DNA of 64,000 nt from an uncultured candidate division Zixibacteria bacterium. Lineage in GTDB: Bacteria; Zixibacteria; MSB-5A5; UBA10806; 4484-95. This document shows positions 22,819-31,849 of the stretch, in pieces. Position 1 is the first letter of the stretch. Every line of letters starts with the position of its first letter. A program made the translations under genes and the position numbers. Where the stretch lies: the NCBI GenBank assembly GCA_963668625.2, contig CAXXKA010000004.1:233676-297675 (forward strand). Direction: 5' to 3'. The notes under the pieces were generated by a model. That model made no database searches and was not told the DNA's origin. It was given only the letters and a program-made list of their open reading frames with translations.

Positions 22819-24978
22819 ATGAACAAACTCGCAACCTACATACTTATAATTATTTGCTTATCGGTATCAGTAGTATCAGCACAGATAATGAGTTTTAACA
22901 GCGCCAGTGTTTTTACCGGGTCAATCAACGATATAGAGATTCGCGACAATTACGCTTATTGTCTGGGGACCTCGGCGTTCGAGGTGTTCGATATCTCGAC
23001 TCCCGGGGAGTTCAAACTCGTTGCCGGGTGGCCGATAGCCGGCGGCACTAATAGATTAGTTCTGAAAGATAACCTGGCTTTTATAACCACATTCGGAGCG
23101 GGACTGGTTGTATTGGATATTTCGACACTCCCGATAACCTGTGAATTTGCCTGCCTGGACATCGAGGATGATGTAAGTGATATTTACTTCGATGGTGATA
23201 CACTGTATCTGGCCGGTCATGATGGCAACCTGCATTTTATCGACATCAGCAATCTACAGGATCCGGTTTTGATAAGCAGTTTCGAAATGCCCAATTCGCT
23301 CGAATCGATCACCGGCTATGCCGGCTACCTGTATGTCGCTACCCACGCCAATGGCGTCTATGTAATCGATATCTCGGACTGTGAAAATCCTGAAATTATC
23401 GATACACTGGATGAACAGTGGGAGTTAAAGGATGCAACGATACATAACGATCATTTGTATATCAACTCGTGGTTATACGATGATATGGTAATTTACGGCA
23501 AAATCAACATCTACGATATCGAGCAGCCTGGCAGCCCGAACCTTATTTCCACGATCGAGAGGGACAGCGAATTCAGTGATATCTATTTCGAAAACGACAT
23601 ACTATATACGGCCAATGATTACTATGGATTAGTCGCCTACGATATCAGCCAACCGACAAACCCGGTCTCGATTATAAACCAGGCTTTCGAACTTGACTTC
23701 GACTACGTATCCGCTACCAGTGTTTGTGCCCTGGAAGGAACCTCGGTGATTTGCCTCGGCAGTTATCTGGTCAGAGCCGATATTTCTAATCCCGATAATA
23801 CTTTCATACTGGATAAGTATTCGATTCCCAGAGAATCATTTAGTGTAGAATGCGAAGGGAATCTGGCTTATATCGGTTTGCAGCTCGGATTCCAGGTTTT
23901 GGATTACACCAATCCCGATTTCCCGGTGATGCGAGGCGGAATCAATGACCATCTGGTAGTCAATGGCATCAAGGATATGTGCCATAATGGTGGTTACGTG
24001 TATTTAGCGTCAGCCTCATGTGGTAGAATCAGCATTATAGATGTTAGCAATCCCGATTCGGTTTATTGTGCAGGTTATTACTCCGATGGTCTTTTTTCGG
24101 TAAGGGCTGTTGATGTTCGCGATACGCTTTTATTCGCTATCATGACCACCGGTTTACCGTTTCGAATCATTAATGTCGCCGACCCCGCGAACCCGGTAGT
24201 ACTGGGCGGCTGCGAAACCAACAATGGCATTGTTTATGATATGGCGCTTGATGGGAATTATGTTTATGCATTATGCCATACGGGCGTATCTATCATAAAC
24301 ATCGAAGACCTGGCTAATCCGGAGCTTATAGCATCGTACAATTCACAGAGCGGGTTTGTACTAAAAACGATTGCCGTTAGAGAAAACTACGCTTTCATGG
24401 CCTCCGACACGGGTTATTTCGAGATAGTAAACACGGAAAATCCAAATGATTTCCGTCGCGAAAGCTATTGCGAAATTCCGGAGAATGCCTCCGATATCTC
24501 TATCGTGAACAACTTCGCTCTAATCGCCACTGATGGAGTTGCAGTGGTGGATATCGGCGACCTTACCGGACCATCCCTGACCAATCAATGGGATTCACCG
24601 GGAAGATCCCATAACCTGGATTTTCATGGGAATTATATTTTCTTAGCCGATTGCTTTTCTACGATAATAATCGAATATACGACTGCGGCGATCGGGGATG
24701 AATCGGCGCTGCCGGATCAAATCGCGCTATCGCAAAACTACCCCAATCCGTTCAATGCCCGAACAAGTATCAGTTTCACACTGTCCGAAAAATCAAAAGT
24801 AAAACTTGATATATATGACATACTTGGCCGCAAACTTCAAACTCTACATAATGGCATCCAGAATGCCGGGGAGCACACATTGAACTGGAATGCCGAAAAC
24901 CTCTCCTCAGGTATTTATTTCTATAAATTAACTACCGGAGAATTCGAACAGACCAGGAAAATGATTCTTCTAAAATAG
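22819..24978 (+). CDS. Secreted LVIVD-repeat protein with T9SS type A-like CTD
   Basis: Signal peptide MNKLATYILIIICLSVSVVSAQ, LVIVD repeats, and CTD SQNYPNPFNA...RKMILLK. Alternative start at 22807. Confidence 0.9.
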   Translation: MNKLATYILIIICLSVSVVSAQIMSFNSASVFTGSINDIEIRDNYAYCLGTSAFEVFDISTPGEFKLVAGWPIAGGTNRLVLKDNLAFITTFGAGLVVLDISTLPITCEFACLDIEDDVSDIYFDGDTLYLAGHDGNLHFIDISNLQDPVLISSFEMPNSLESITGYAGYLYVATHANGVYVIDISDCENPEIIDTLDEQWELKDATIHNDHLYINSWLYDDMVIYGKINIYDIEQPGSPNLISTIERDSEFSDIYFENDILYTANDYYGLVAYDISQPTNPVSIINQAFELDFDYVSATSVCALEGTSVICLGSYLVRADISNPDNTFILDKYSIPRESFSVECEGNLAYIGLQLGFQVLDYTNPDFPVMRGGINDHLVVNGIKDMCHNGGYVYLASASCGRISIIDVSNPDSVYCAGYYSDGLFSVRAVDVRDTLLFAIMTTGLPFRIINVADPANPVVLGGCETNNGIVYDMALDGNYVYALCHTGVSIINIEDLANPELIASYNSQSGFVLKTIAVRENYAFMASDTGYFEIVNTENPNDFRRESYCEIPENASDISIVNNFALIATDGVAVVDIGDLTGPSLTNQWDSPGRSHNLDFHGNYIFLADCFSTIIIEYTTAAIGDESALPDQIALSQNYPNPFNARTSISFTLSEKSKVKLDIYDILGRKLQTLHNGIQNAGEHTLNWNAENLSSGIYFYKLTTGEFEQTRKMILLK

Positions 24979-25040
24979 TTTTTTAAAAAATTAACTGTTA
25001 ATTTTTATGCTTAAATGTTAGCAGTTTCTATAACCGCCAA

Positions 25041-25482
25041 ATGGGAGATCATATGTCCAGAGTTAAACTGGTCATATTCCTGGTATTTTTTTTCGTATCC
25101 CCCGAATGTTTCAAGGATATAGTCTACTCGAAAAACACAATCGATCGGGCAAATTATCATTCGACAATCGTGAGAAACAACAACCATTCGAGTATTGATA
25201 TGAAAAACATGTATCGATCGAAGAAATCCATAGGATATGCTTTTCCTGATCCGTTTAATACTTCCTTAACGATCAGCTTCAGTTTCCTTCAACGGTCAAG
25301 TGCAAAACTTGAGATTCATGATATACTGGGAAGTAAATTAAAAACCATATTCGAGGGATAACAATCGGCAGGTAAGTATTCGGTAATTTACGGTATATTG
25401 ACGTCTAGCCTCGGGAAAATACATACACAAACTTGCATCAGGAGAGTATAGCTATATTCGAAAGCTTACTCTTATCAAATAG
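25041..25482 (+). pseudogene. Eroded short gene: signal peptide plus T9SS-type CTD
   Basis: YAFPDPFNTSLTISF...IHDILGSKLKTIFEG*QSAGKYS, then a frameshifted ...SGEYSYIRKLTLIK* ending at 25482. Confidence 0.7.
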
Positions 25483-25566
25483 TAGCTCAGCTTGAGCTAT
25501 ATTGAAATTATAAAAATCAGCTCAGGCTTCGGTTAGATTAAATCACTCAAATCAGGAGGTTATAAA

Positions 25567-27705
25567 ATGAAAAAAACACTGATAACCGGCGGTTTTATTT
25601 TATGTGTTTTGATAGCCGCCACTTTAACATCTACGGCCCGGCAATTGGAGTACGTGAACTCTATTTACTGGACCGATATCAATGATCTAAAACTGCGAGG
25701 TGATTACGCCTACTGCTGTTTCGGTTCGGGATTGGTCATTTATGATATGACAACCCTGTCTTTTCCATTAATAAGCAGTAGAATTTTTATTCAGGGAAGC
25801 AATAAACATATCGAATTACATGAGAATTACGCTTACATGTTCGGCAAAGATGATATGCTGCGTGTCATTGATATCACCTCACCAATCAATCCTCGGATAG
25901 TTGGCGAATTACCACTTAACTGCGAGGTGTATAATATCCGTATTAGAGGTAACTACATTTTCGCGGCCGCCGGTGAACTCGGTCTCGCAATCATCGATAT
26001 TTCCGATCCCGAGCAACCGGAAGTTTTAACCTTATATGATACCGACGGGATCACGGGAGCAGTCGATATTCAGGATGATTACGTTTTTATAGCGGAAAAA
26101 CAAACTCAGCCATCCATGCCATCATTCCAGGTGCTGGATATCACCGATATCCTGAATCCTTACGCGATAGGCGCAATCACGGATCAAATCATATCGGCAT
26201 GCGATCTGATAGTTGAAGGAGATATCGCCTACCTCGCCGACCAAACAGCCGGTTTTACCACGATTAAATTAACGAATTTATCACAGCCTGAAGTATTAGC
26301 TCAGATATCAAGCTCTTCCTCACCTCATAATCTTCATTTTAATGATCCCTACGTTTTCATGGATAAAGATAACGAATGGCTGCAGGTATACGATGTCACG
26401 GATCCCGCATCGCCCCAGTTAGCCGGTGATTTTCTGCCCGAGAAACCAATTATGGACTTCGATTTGACCGGCTCGCAGCTTTTCACGGCCGGAGCGTTCG
26501 AGGGCATCTCCATACTGGACATTTACGATGTCGACTATATATTTCAGCTAACGGAGATCGACAGAAGAGGAGCGATAACCTCCTCATTTATGGTGGATGA
26601 TGTATTATATGTCGGCGAATCTCAACAGGGATTGATGGTTCACGATCTCAGCGATCAAGGCAACCCGAATCAAATCGGATTCTCTTTTACCCCCTACCAG
26701 CACTCATTTACGGAGCTGAATGAAAATAGCATTTTCCTTCTGCAGGATGATCAGATAGGTGAAATCTACCTGCCGGATCCCACCACGCCGCTTGATCCGA
26801 TGTATTACTATTTTCAACAAAATTACAGTGATGCCTGTATTAATCTTCCTTATCTATTCCTCACCAAACCAGAGGGTGGCCTGGATATCTACCTTCGCCA
26901 CAATTTCGTGGCTCTGCAGTACCTCAGAAGTTACGAGTGGACATCCCAAACCGGAAATGTTGAAATCGAGAACGGGCGTGCTTATATCGCTCAGTATCCT
27001 AATATCTGCATTTTCGATATATCGGATCCAACCGATTCAGTCCTTCTCGGTTCCTATGAACCGGCAAATCAAGTGCAGAAACTGTGGGTGAAAGATAGTT
27101 ATGTCTATTCCTCGGGGCATGATGCTACCAGTAATCAAGTATCGATATACGATTGCGCCGATCCGGAAAATCCTGTCTTTGTCGATGATATCGCTTTCGA
27201 GGGATCAGTGCTCGATATAACATTTCATGAGAACCTGGCGATTTTCGCGGTTTTGGAGGCTGGGATAATTATTTACGATTGCGCTAATCCCGAAAATCCG
27301 ATACCGGTTGATCAATACCGCACACCTGGTATCATTAACGAAATCGCCATTTTCAATGACTATTTGTACTTAGCCGATAACAGCTCCCTGGTTATTCTCC
27401 GTTTCAGCCCGACAGGTATCGAGAATATCGATAACTTACCGGAGGAATACCGGCTATCGCAAAACTACCCAAATCCGTTTAATGCCGCCACCACGATAAG
27501 CTATAGTCTACCGGAACAGTCGAAAATATGTATTGAGGTTTTCGATATACTTGGCAGAAAAGTGCAAACGCTATTCGAGGGCGAACAGCCGGCAGGTATT
27601 CATTCGCTTACATGGAATGCAGATAGTTTCTCCTCCGGTATCTATTTCTATAAGTTATCTGCCGCAGATATTATACGTACCGAGAAGATGTTGTTAATTA
27701 AGTAG
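25567..27705 (+). CDS. Secreted LVIVD-repeat protein with T9SS type A-like CTD
   Basis: RBS AGGAGG, signal peptide, LVIVD repeats and CTD. Clearly paralogous to 20328..22478 (YINSINW vs YVNSIYW; LKLTPTGIE vs LRFSPTGIE). Confidence 0.9.
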   Translation: MKKTLITGGFILCVLIAATLTSTARQLEYVNSIYWTDINDLKLRGDYAYCCFGSGLVIYDMTTLSFPLISSRIFIQGSNKHIELHENYAYMFGKDDMLRVIDITSPINPRIVGELPLNCEVYNIRIRGNYIFAAAGELGLAIIDISDPEQPEVLTLYDTDGITGAVDIQDDYVFIAEKQTQPSMPSFQVLDITDILNPYAIGAITDQIISACDLIVEGDIAYLADQTAGFTTIKLTNLSQPEVLAQISSSSSPHNLHFNDPYVFMDKDNEWLQVYDVTDPASPQLAGDFLPEKPIMDFDLTGSQLFTAGAFEGISILDIYDVDYIFQLTEIDRRGAITSSFMVDDVLYVGESQQGLMVHDLSDQGNPNQIGFSFTPYQHSFTELNENSIFLLQDDQIGEIYLPDPTTPLDPMYYYFQQNYSDACINLPYLFLTKPEGGLDIYLRHNFVALQYLRSYEWTSQTGNVEIENGRAYIAQYPNICIFDISDPTDSVLLGSYEPANQVQKLWVKDSYVYSSGHDATSNQVSIYDCADPENPVFVDDIAFEGSVLDITFHENLAIFAVLEAGIIIYDCANPENPIPVDQYRTPGIINEIAIFNDYLYLADNSSLVILRFSPTGIENIDNLPEEYRLSQNYPNPFNAATTISYSLPEQSKICIEVFDILGRKVQTLFEGEQPAGIHSLTWNADSFSSGIYFYKLSAADIIRTEKMLLIK

Positions 27706-27714
27706 ATAAGTCAG

Positions 27715-27772
27715 AAAGTTCGCTAAATCCATACTTAACTATATAACATTTATGGATTTAGCTGAACTTTTT
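27715..27772 (+). terminator. Hairpin/terminator after the LVIVD cluster
   Basis: AAGTT-CGCTAAATCCATA...TATGGATTTAGC-TGAACTTTTT. Confidence 0.55.
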
Positions 27773-27773
27773 C

Positions 27774-27801
27774 TTGTCAAAAACAGTTTATTTCTTATAA
27801 T
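27774..27801 (+). promoter_or_regulatory. Sigma70-like promoter for the 27839 gene
   Basis: TTGTCA-N16-TATAAT. Confidence 0.5.
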
Positions 27802-27838
27802 AAGGTCAGAAATAACAACTGTTTAAACTGGAGCAAAA

Positions 27839-28828
27839 ATGCGTAAACTACTAATCCCGATTTTACTCATTGTGACCGCTATGGTATCCCCTGCCATGGC
27901 TTATCGAAGTCTTCAGGAGGTTTTCGAAAACGCCATGCCGGGATATGGTTATGATCGCTATATAGAGCTCGACCCCGAGATCGAATACGAGGGCGATCTA
28001 CAAATCAACGCTAATGAAAGTATCTGCATTAAAGGCAACGGTGCGCTCGTATATGGCCGTCCTTATATGATGTCTGTTTATGTGGTGTTCGCTCAACTGG
28101 ATATTTCGGATTGCGTGTTAGTCGACGGTGGTTTCGGGATATATTACGGTTTGGACTCTTACGGCACTATCAGCAACAATACTATCATTAATGCCAGCGA
28201 GCAGGGAATAGCTACGGTCAATTTCGATGAGGATCGAGGACTGGTAATTTATAACAATATCATTACCGGCTCTAACTATGGCTTTTTATGCGTCGAGGAG
28301 CATCACCCCTCGTACCTGGGCTATAACACTGTTTGGAACACAGGCACGTATCGCTACGCCGAACAATGCCTCGACTGAGGTGGCACTATCTTGCCAATCG
28401 ACCCTGGTCAGGGTGATCAAGATGAAAATCCCATGTTTGTAGATATTGAGAATTTCGATTTCAGACTTCAGGCCGGTTCCCCCTGCATAGGTACGGGCCG
28501 GGATGGAGGCGATAGGGGCGCGCTGCAGTTCGCTACCGGTATAGATGATATCATCACACTCCCTTCGGCGCTTGCGCTCGATAGCAACTACCCTAACCCG
28601 TTTAACGCCGCCACCACTATCAGCTACGATCTGCCGGAGCAATCCGAGGTCAGCCTGGTGATATACGACTTACTGGGCCGCGAGGTGCAGACGCTGGTGA
28701 ACGATACCGAACCGGCAGGTAAACACACTATCACCTGGCATGCGGATAAAGTCACCTCGGGTATATATTTCTACAGGCTAACAACCGGTAAGGATGTGCT
28801 TACCCAACGCATGACATTGATAAAATAA
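27839..28828 (+). CDS. Secreted right-handed beta-helix protein with T9SS-type CTD; in-frame TGA, probable selenocysteine (CxxU)
   Basis: The two track ORFs share one frame; the only interruption is TGA 28376..28378 in EQC-L-D-*-GGTILPIDPG. The joined 329-aa product has a signal peptide, PbH1-like repeats, a PMFVD..DFRLQAGSPCIG cap and a CTD. Confidence 0.75.
28388..28423 (+). promoter_or_regulatory. Putative bacterial SECIS element
   Basis: ATCTTG/CAAGAT outer stem, ATC/GAT, bulged G, ACCCT-GGTC-AGGGT apical stem-loop. The loop starts after 27 nt downstream of the TGA. Confidence 0.65.
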
Positions 28829-28852
28829 GAATAATCCATTAGCTGATTATCA

Positions 28853-28883
28853 AGGCGCGTAAATTATCTTACGCGCTTTTTTA
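28853..28883 (+). terminator. Rho-independent terminator
   Basis: GCGCGTAA-attatc-TTACGCGC followed by TTTTTT. Confidence 0.8.
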
Positions 28884-28971
28884 TTTTGTGACTGGCAGAT
28901 ATGCTCAGGCTGTCTCAAAAGGTAGATCGACGCCGTGGTTGGGGTACGATCCCCATGCTCCGACTCGTATG

Positions 28972-29231
28972 CCTGGTTCCCTGGTTTCCAGACGCTTCTT
29001 GGGAACCTTCTAAAGTCATGTAAAATCCGCATTCTGCCGGCAAACAAGCCACGTTGCGAAGTAGCGGGGTTGTTGAAAAAATCTATTTCACGCGTCGCTG
29101 GGCGGACGAAGTCCTTTGTTCATCCTTTCCCGGCGACATCCCGCATGTAACAGGTGTCAGGAAAAGATTCCTGACACCGCAACTAAGTCATGTAAAATCC
29201 GCATTCTGCCGGCAAACAAACCACGTTGCGA
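28972..29231 (+). repeat. Second intergenic repeat family (two local copies)
   Basis: AAGTCATGTAAAATCCGCATTCTGCCGGCAAACAA(G/A)CCACGTTGCGA near 29012 and 29185. Hairpin GGTGTCAGGAA-aaga-TTCCTGACACC lies between. A third copy is at 43862..43970. Confidence 0.8.
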
Positions 29232-29408
29232 TATTATTTATATAATTGTGCACGGGCACACGGGGACGCCTGCTGCTCTCAAATACAGAAAATCAATCTC
29301 GGAGCACAGGTCAAGACTACTCAAGACCTGATAACCAAGGCCTGATTTACCCTCTGTTTTCACAACAATCCTATTGACATCTCCGCCCCACACAATTAAC
29401 ATATTCTC

Positions 29409-30170
29409 ATGCTAGATTTTACCCAGACAATGTATGATAATCTCTGCCGGGCAATCAACGACTCGGGCTATCGCACGGCGATAATGGGTGACTATTTCAA
29501 AAGTGATAGCTCCGATATTCCCCGCATGTTCCTCCGTCATGATGTTGACCGTGATCCGATGCTTGCGCTCGAGATGGCAAAAATCGAACGAGATCATAAA
29601 CAGGTATCCACCTATTTCTTCCGGGTGGTCGAAAATGTTTTCAAGCCGGACATTATCGAGAAAATCTCTGCAATGGGGCATGAGATCGGCTATCATTACG
29701 AATGTCTCGATAAGACCGGCGGTGATTACTCGAATGCCTATCAAACCGCTATCGGGGATTTGAAGAAACTGCGCGAGGTTGCCCCGATTGTCTCCATGGC
29801 CATGCATGGCAATCCGCTGACCAAATGGGATAACCGCGATCTATGGGGCAAATACGATTACAAAGACCTGGGTATCGAAGTGGCTGCTTATTTGAATATC
29901 GACTATAAAAAAATCCGTTATTTTTCGGATACCGGACGCACCTGGGAGGAAAACCGTGGCAATATCTACGATTTCGTTGGCAATCAGCCCTCCCATGCTC
30001 TGAAAACTACGCCTGATTTGATCGAATATATCAGCGAACATAAACAGGATACCTGCATACTCATCCACCCCAACCGATGGACCGACCAGACATTCAAATG
30101 GCTGTACAACTGGGCATTCGACACGGCCGCCAACACCGCTAAAGCGATTATCAAAACAATCAGAAAGTAG
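29409..30170 (+). CDS. Polysaccharide deacetylase-like (NodB-homology fold) protein
   Basis: FLRHDVD, STYFFR, GHEIGYHYE, MAMHGNP, YFSDTGR and ILIHPNRW. Confidence 0.7.
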   Translation: MLDFTQTMYDNLCRAINDSGYRTAIMGDYFKSDSSDIPRMFLRHDVDRDPMLALEMAKIERDHKQVSTYFFRVVENVFKPDIIEKISAMGHEIGYHYECLDKTGGDYSNAYQTAIGDLKKLREVAPIVSMAMHGNPLTKWDNRDLWGKYDYKDLGIEVAAYLNIDYKKIRYFSDTGRTWEENRGNIYDFVGNQPSHALKTTPDLIEYISEHKQDTCILIHPNRWTDQTFKWLYNWAFDTAANTAKAIIKTIRK

Positions 30171-30350
30171 ATCACCTCTCCTCGGGGCGCTCCTGACCGT
30201 ATAGGTACTAACCCGCGAATGGAATAACAAACGTGAATTGCATGAATTGACAGCAAGATCTAACCCTAACTATAAAACATCAACTATCATATAAAACTAC
30301 CGACATTGTATCTCACAGGAAAACGCTAACCGATTAAAATCGCATGAATT

Positions 30351-31757
30351 CTATTTAACTCGCTTGATATCCCCACGCGCTAATGAGGCAAATATCCCTC
30401 CCAGACACATCACTGCGAATATGATAAGCGATATTTTCATGCTGGAAATAAACTGCGGCAAACTCTCGGCTTTGATCTCCCCCTGCCCGAGTATCAGCGC
30501 CATTATCATCATCACGATACCCATCGATACCATCATGCCAATCTGACGCATCGTGCCGGTCATGGCGCTGGCAACGCCGTAATAGCGGCGCTCGACCGAG
30601 CTCATGATTGCATTGGTGTTGGGCGAGGAAAACAGCGCAAACCCGAATCCTAAAAACATCAGCACGCCGATAATTAAATAAAGCGGCGTATCAATTCGGA
30701 TAAACACCAGCGCGACCAGGCCCAGTAATGTGAAAGCCATACCCACAGAGGCGACCTTGCGCGGCTGGATTCTATCCGATAGGCGGCCCGCCAACGGTGA
30801 GAATATAGCCTGTACAACCGGCTGGGCCATCAGGATAGTACCCGCCTCCTGCGGTTGATATCCTTTTACGTTTTGAAGATATAAACTGAGCAGGAATGTC
30901 ACCGCGAAAGTAGCGGCATAGTTTATCAGGGCGGCCAGGTTGGAAAAAGTAAACGCGCTGTTGCTGATAAACAGGCTCATATCGACTACCGGCGATTCCA
31001 GCTTCATCTCGTAGAACACGAATCCGGCTATACCGATCAAGCCGAGAGCTACCAATCCGAACGCGTAAGTTTCCGGCAGCTTGGAAAATCCGTACATCGT
31101 AACCAGAAGAGACACCGCCAGCATCAGTGAACCCAGCAGATCGAATTTCTGCCCCCTCTCCTCCGCCCAATCGCCTTTAAGCATAAGGAAAATAACCGCA
31201 AGTAATATCAATCCTAATGGCACGTTTACCCAGAATATATACCTCCAGCCCAGATGCTGAGTTATCATGCCGCCTATAAAAGGCCCGCTGGAAAGCCCGA
31301 AATAAACCGAGGCAACAGTTATGCCAAGCACCTTGCCTCTTTCGGAGGCCGGAAAAATAGACATCAAAAGAGCCATGCCGGTCGCGAAAATCATAGAGGC
31401 GCCAAATCCCTGAAGGAATCTGCCCAGTATCAGCATCAATCCCGAAACCGACATCGCCACTATTATAGAGGCGATAGTGAACACGAATACTCCGGCCATA
31501 TAGATTTTCTTCCGCCCGTAAATATCTCCCAGGCGGCCGAATGGGATAGAAAATGTAGCGGCGGAAAGCAGGTAAGCCGTGTTTATCCAACCTAAAGATA
31601 CCGCGCTTAATGAGAAATAGTCACCGATTGAGGGTAGAGCGACATTTACCGAGGATCCCATAAAAGGCCCGATAAACGAGGCCATAGTAGCCACGAGCAA
31701 GGCTGCCCGCTTGATGGATTTGCTTTCCTCGGTAGAATCAGCCTTAACTTGAATCAT
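30351..31757 (-). CDS. MFS drug:H+ antiporter (DHA2, EmrB/QacA-like)
   Basis: SVNVALPSI, motif A GRLGDIYGRKK, GPFIGGMIT...GWRYIFWVNVPLG; about 14 TM helices. Confidence 0.92.
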   Translation of the reverse strand: MIQVKADSTEESKSIKRAALLVATMASFIGPFMGSSVNVALPSIGDYFSLSAVSLGWINTAYLLSAATFSIPFGRLGDIYGRKKIYMAGVFVFTIASIIVAMSVSGLMLILGRFLQGFGASMIFATGMALLMSIFPASERGKVLGITVASVYFGLSSGPFIGGMITQHLGWRYIFWVNVPLGLILLAVIFLMLKGDWAEERGQKFDLLGSLMLAVSLLVTMYGFSKLPETYAFGLVALGLIGIAGFVFYEMKLESPVVDMSLFISNSAFTFSNLAALINYAATFAVTFLLSLYLQNVKGYQPQEAGTILMAQPVVQAIFSPLAGRLSDRIQPRKVASVGMAFTLLGLVALVFIRIDTPLYLIIGVLMFLGFGFALFSSPNTNAIMSSVERRYYGVASAMTGTMRQIGMMVSMGIVMMIMALILGQGEIKAESLPQFISSMKISLIIFAVMCLGGIFASLARGDIKRVK

Positions 31758-31849
31758 GATTACAGCTTAATATACGAATTAAGATTATGCAATACAAATG
31801 TATGTAATATGATGAAGATACTCTTACTACGAGGAAAACCGATGGTTGT

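Noticed and set aside
28905-29085. IS-end-like motifs (GGCTGTCTCAAAA, GGGTTGTTGAAAAA)
   Set aside because: No matching partner end, target duplication or transposase; too short to support.
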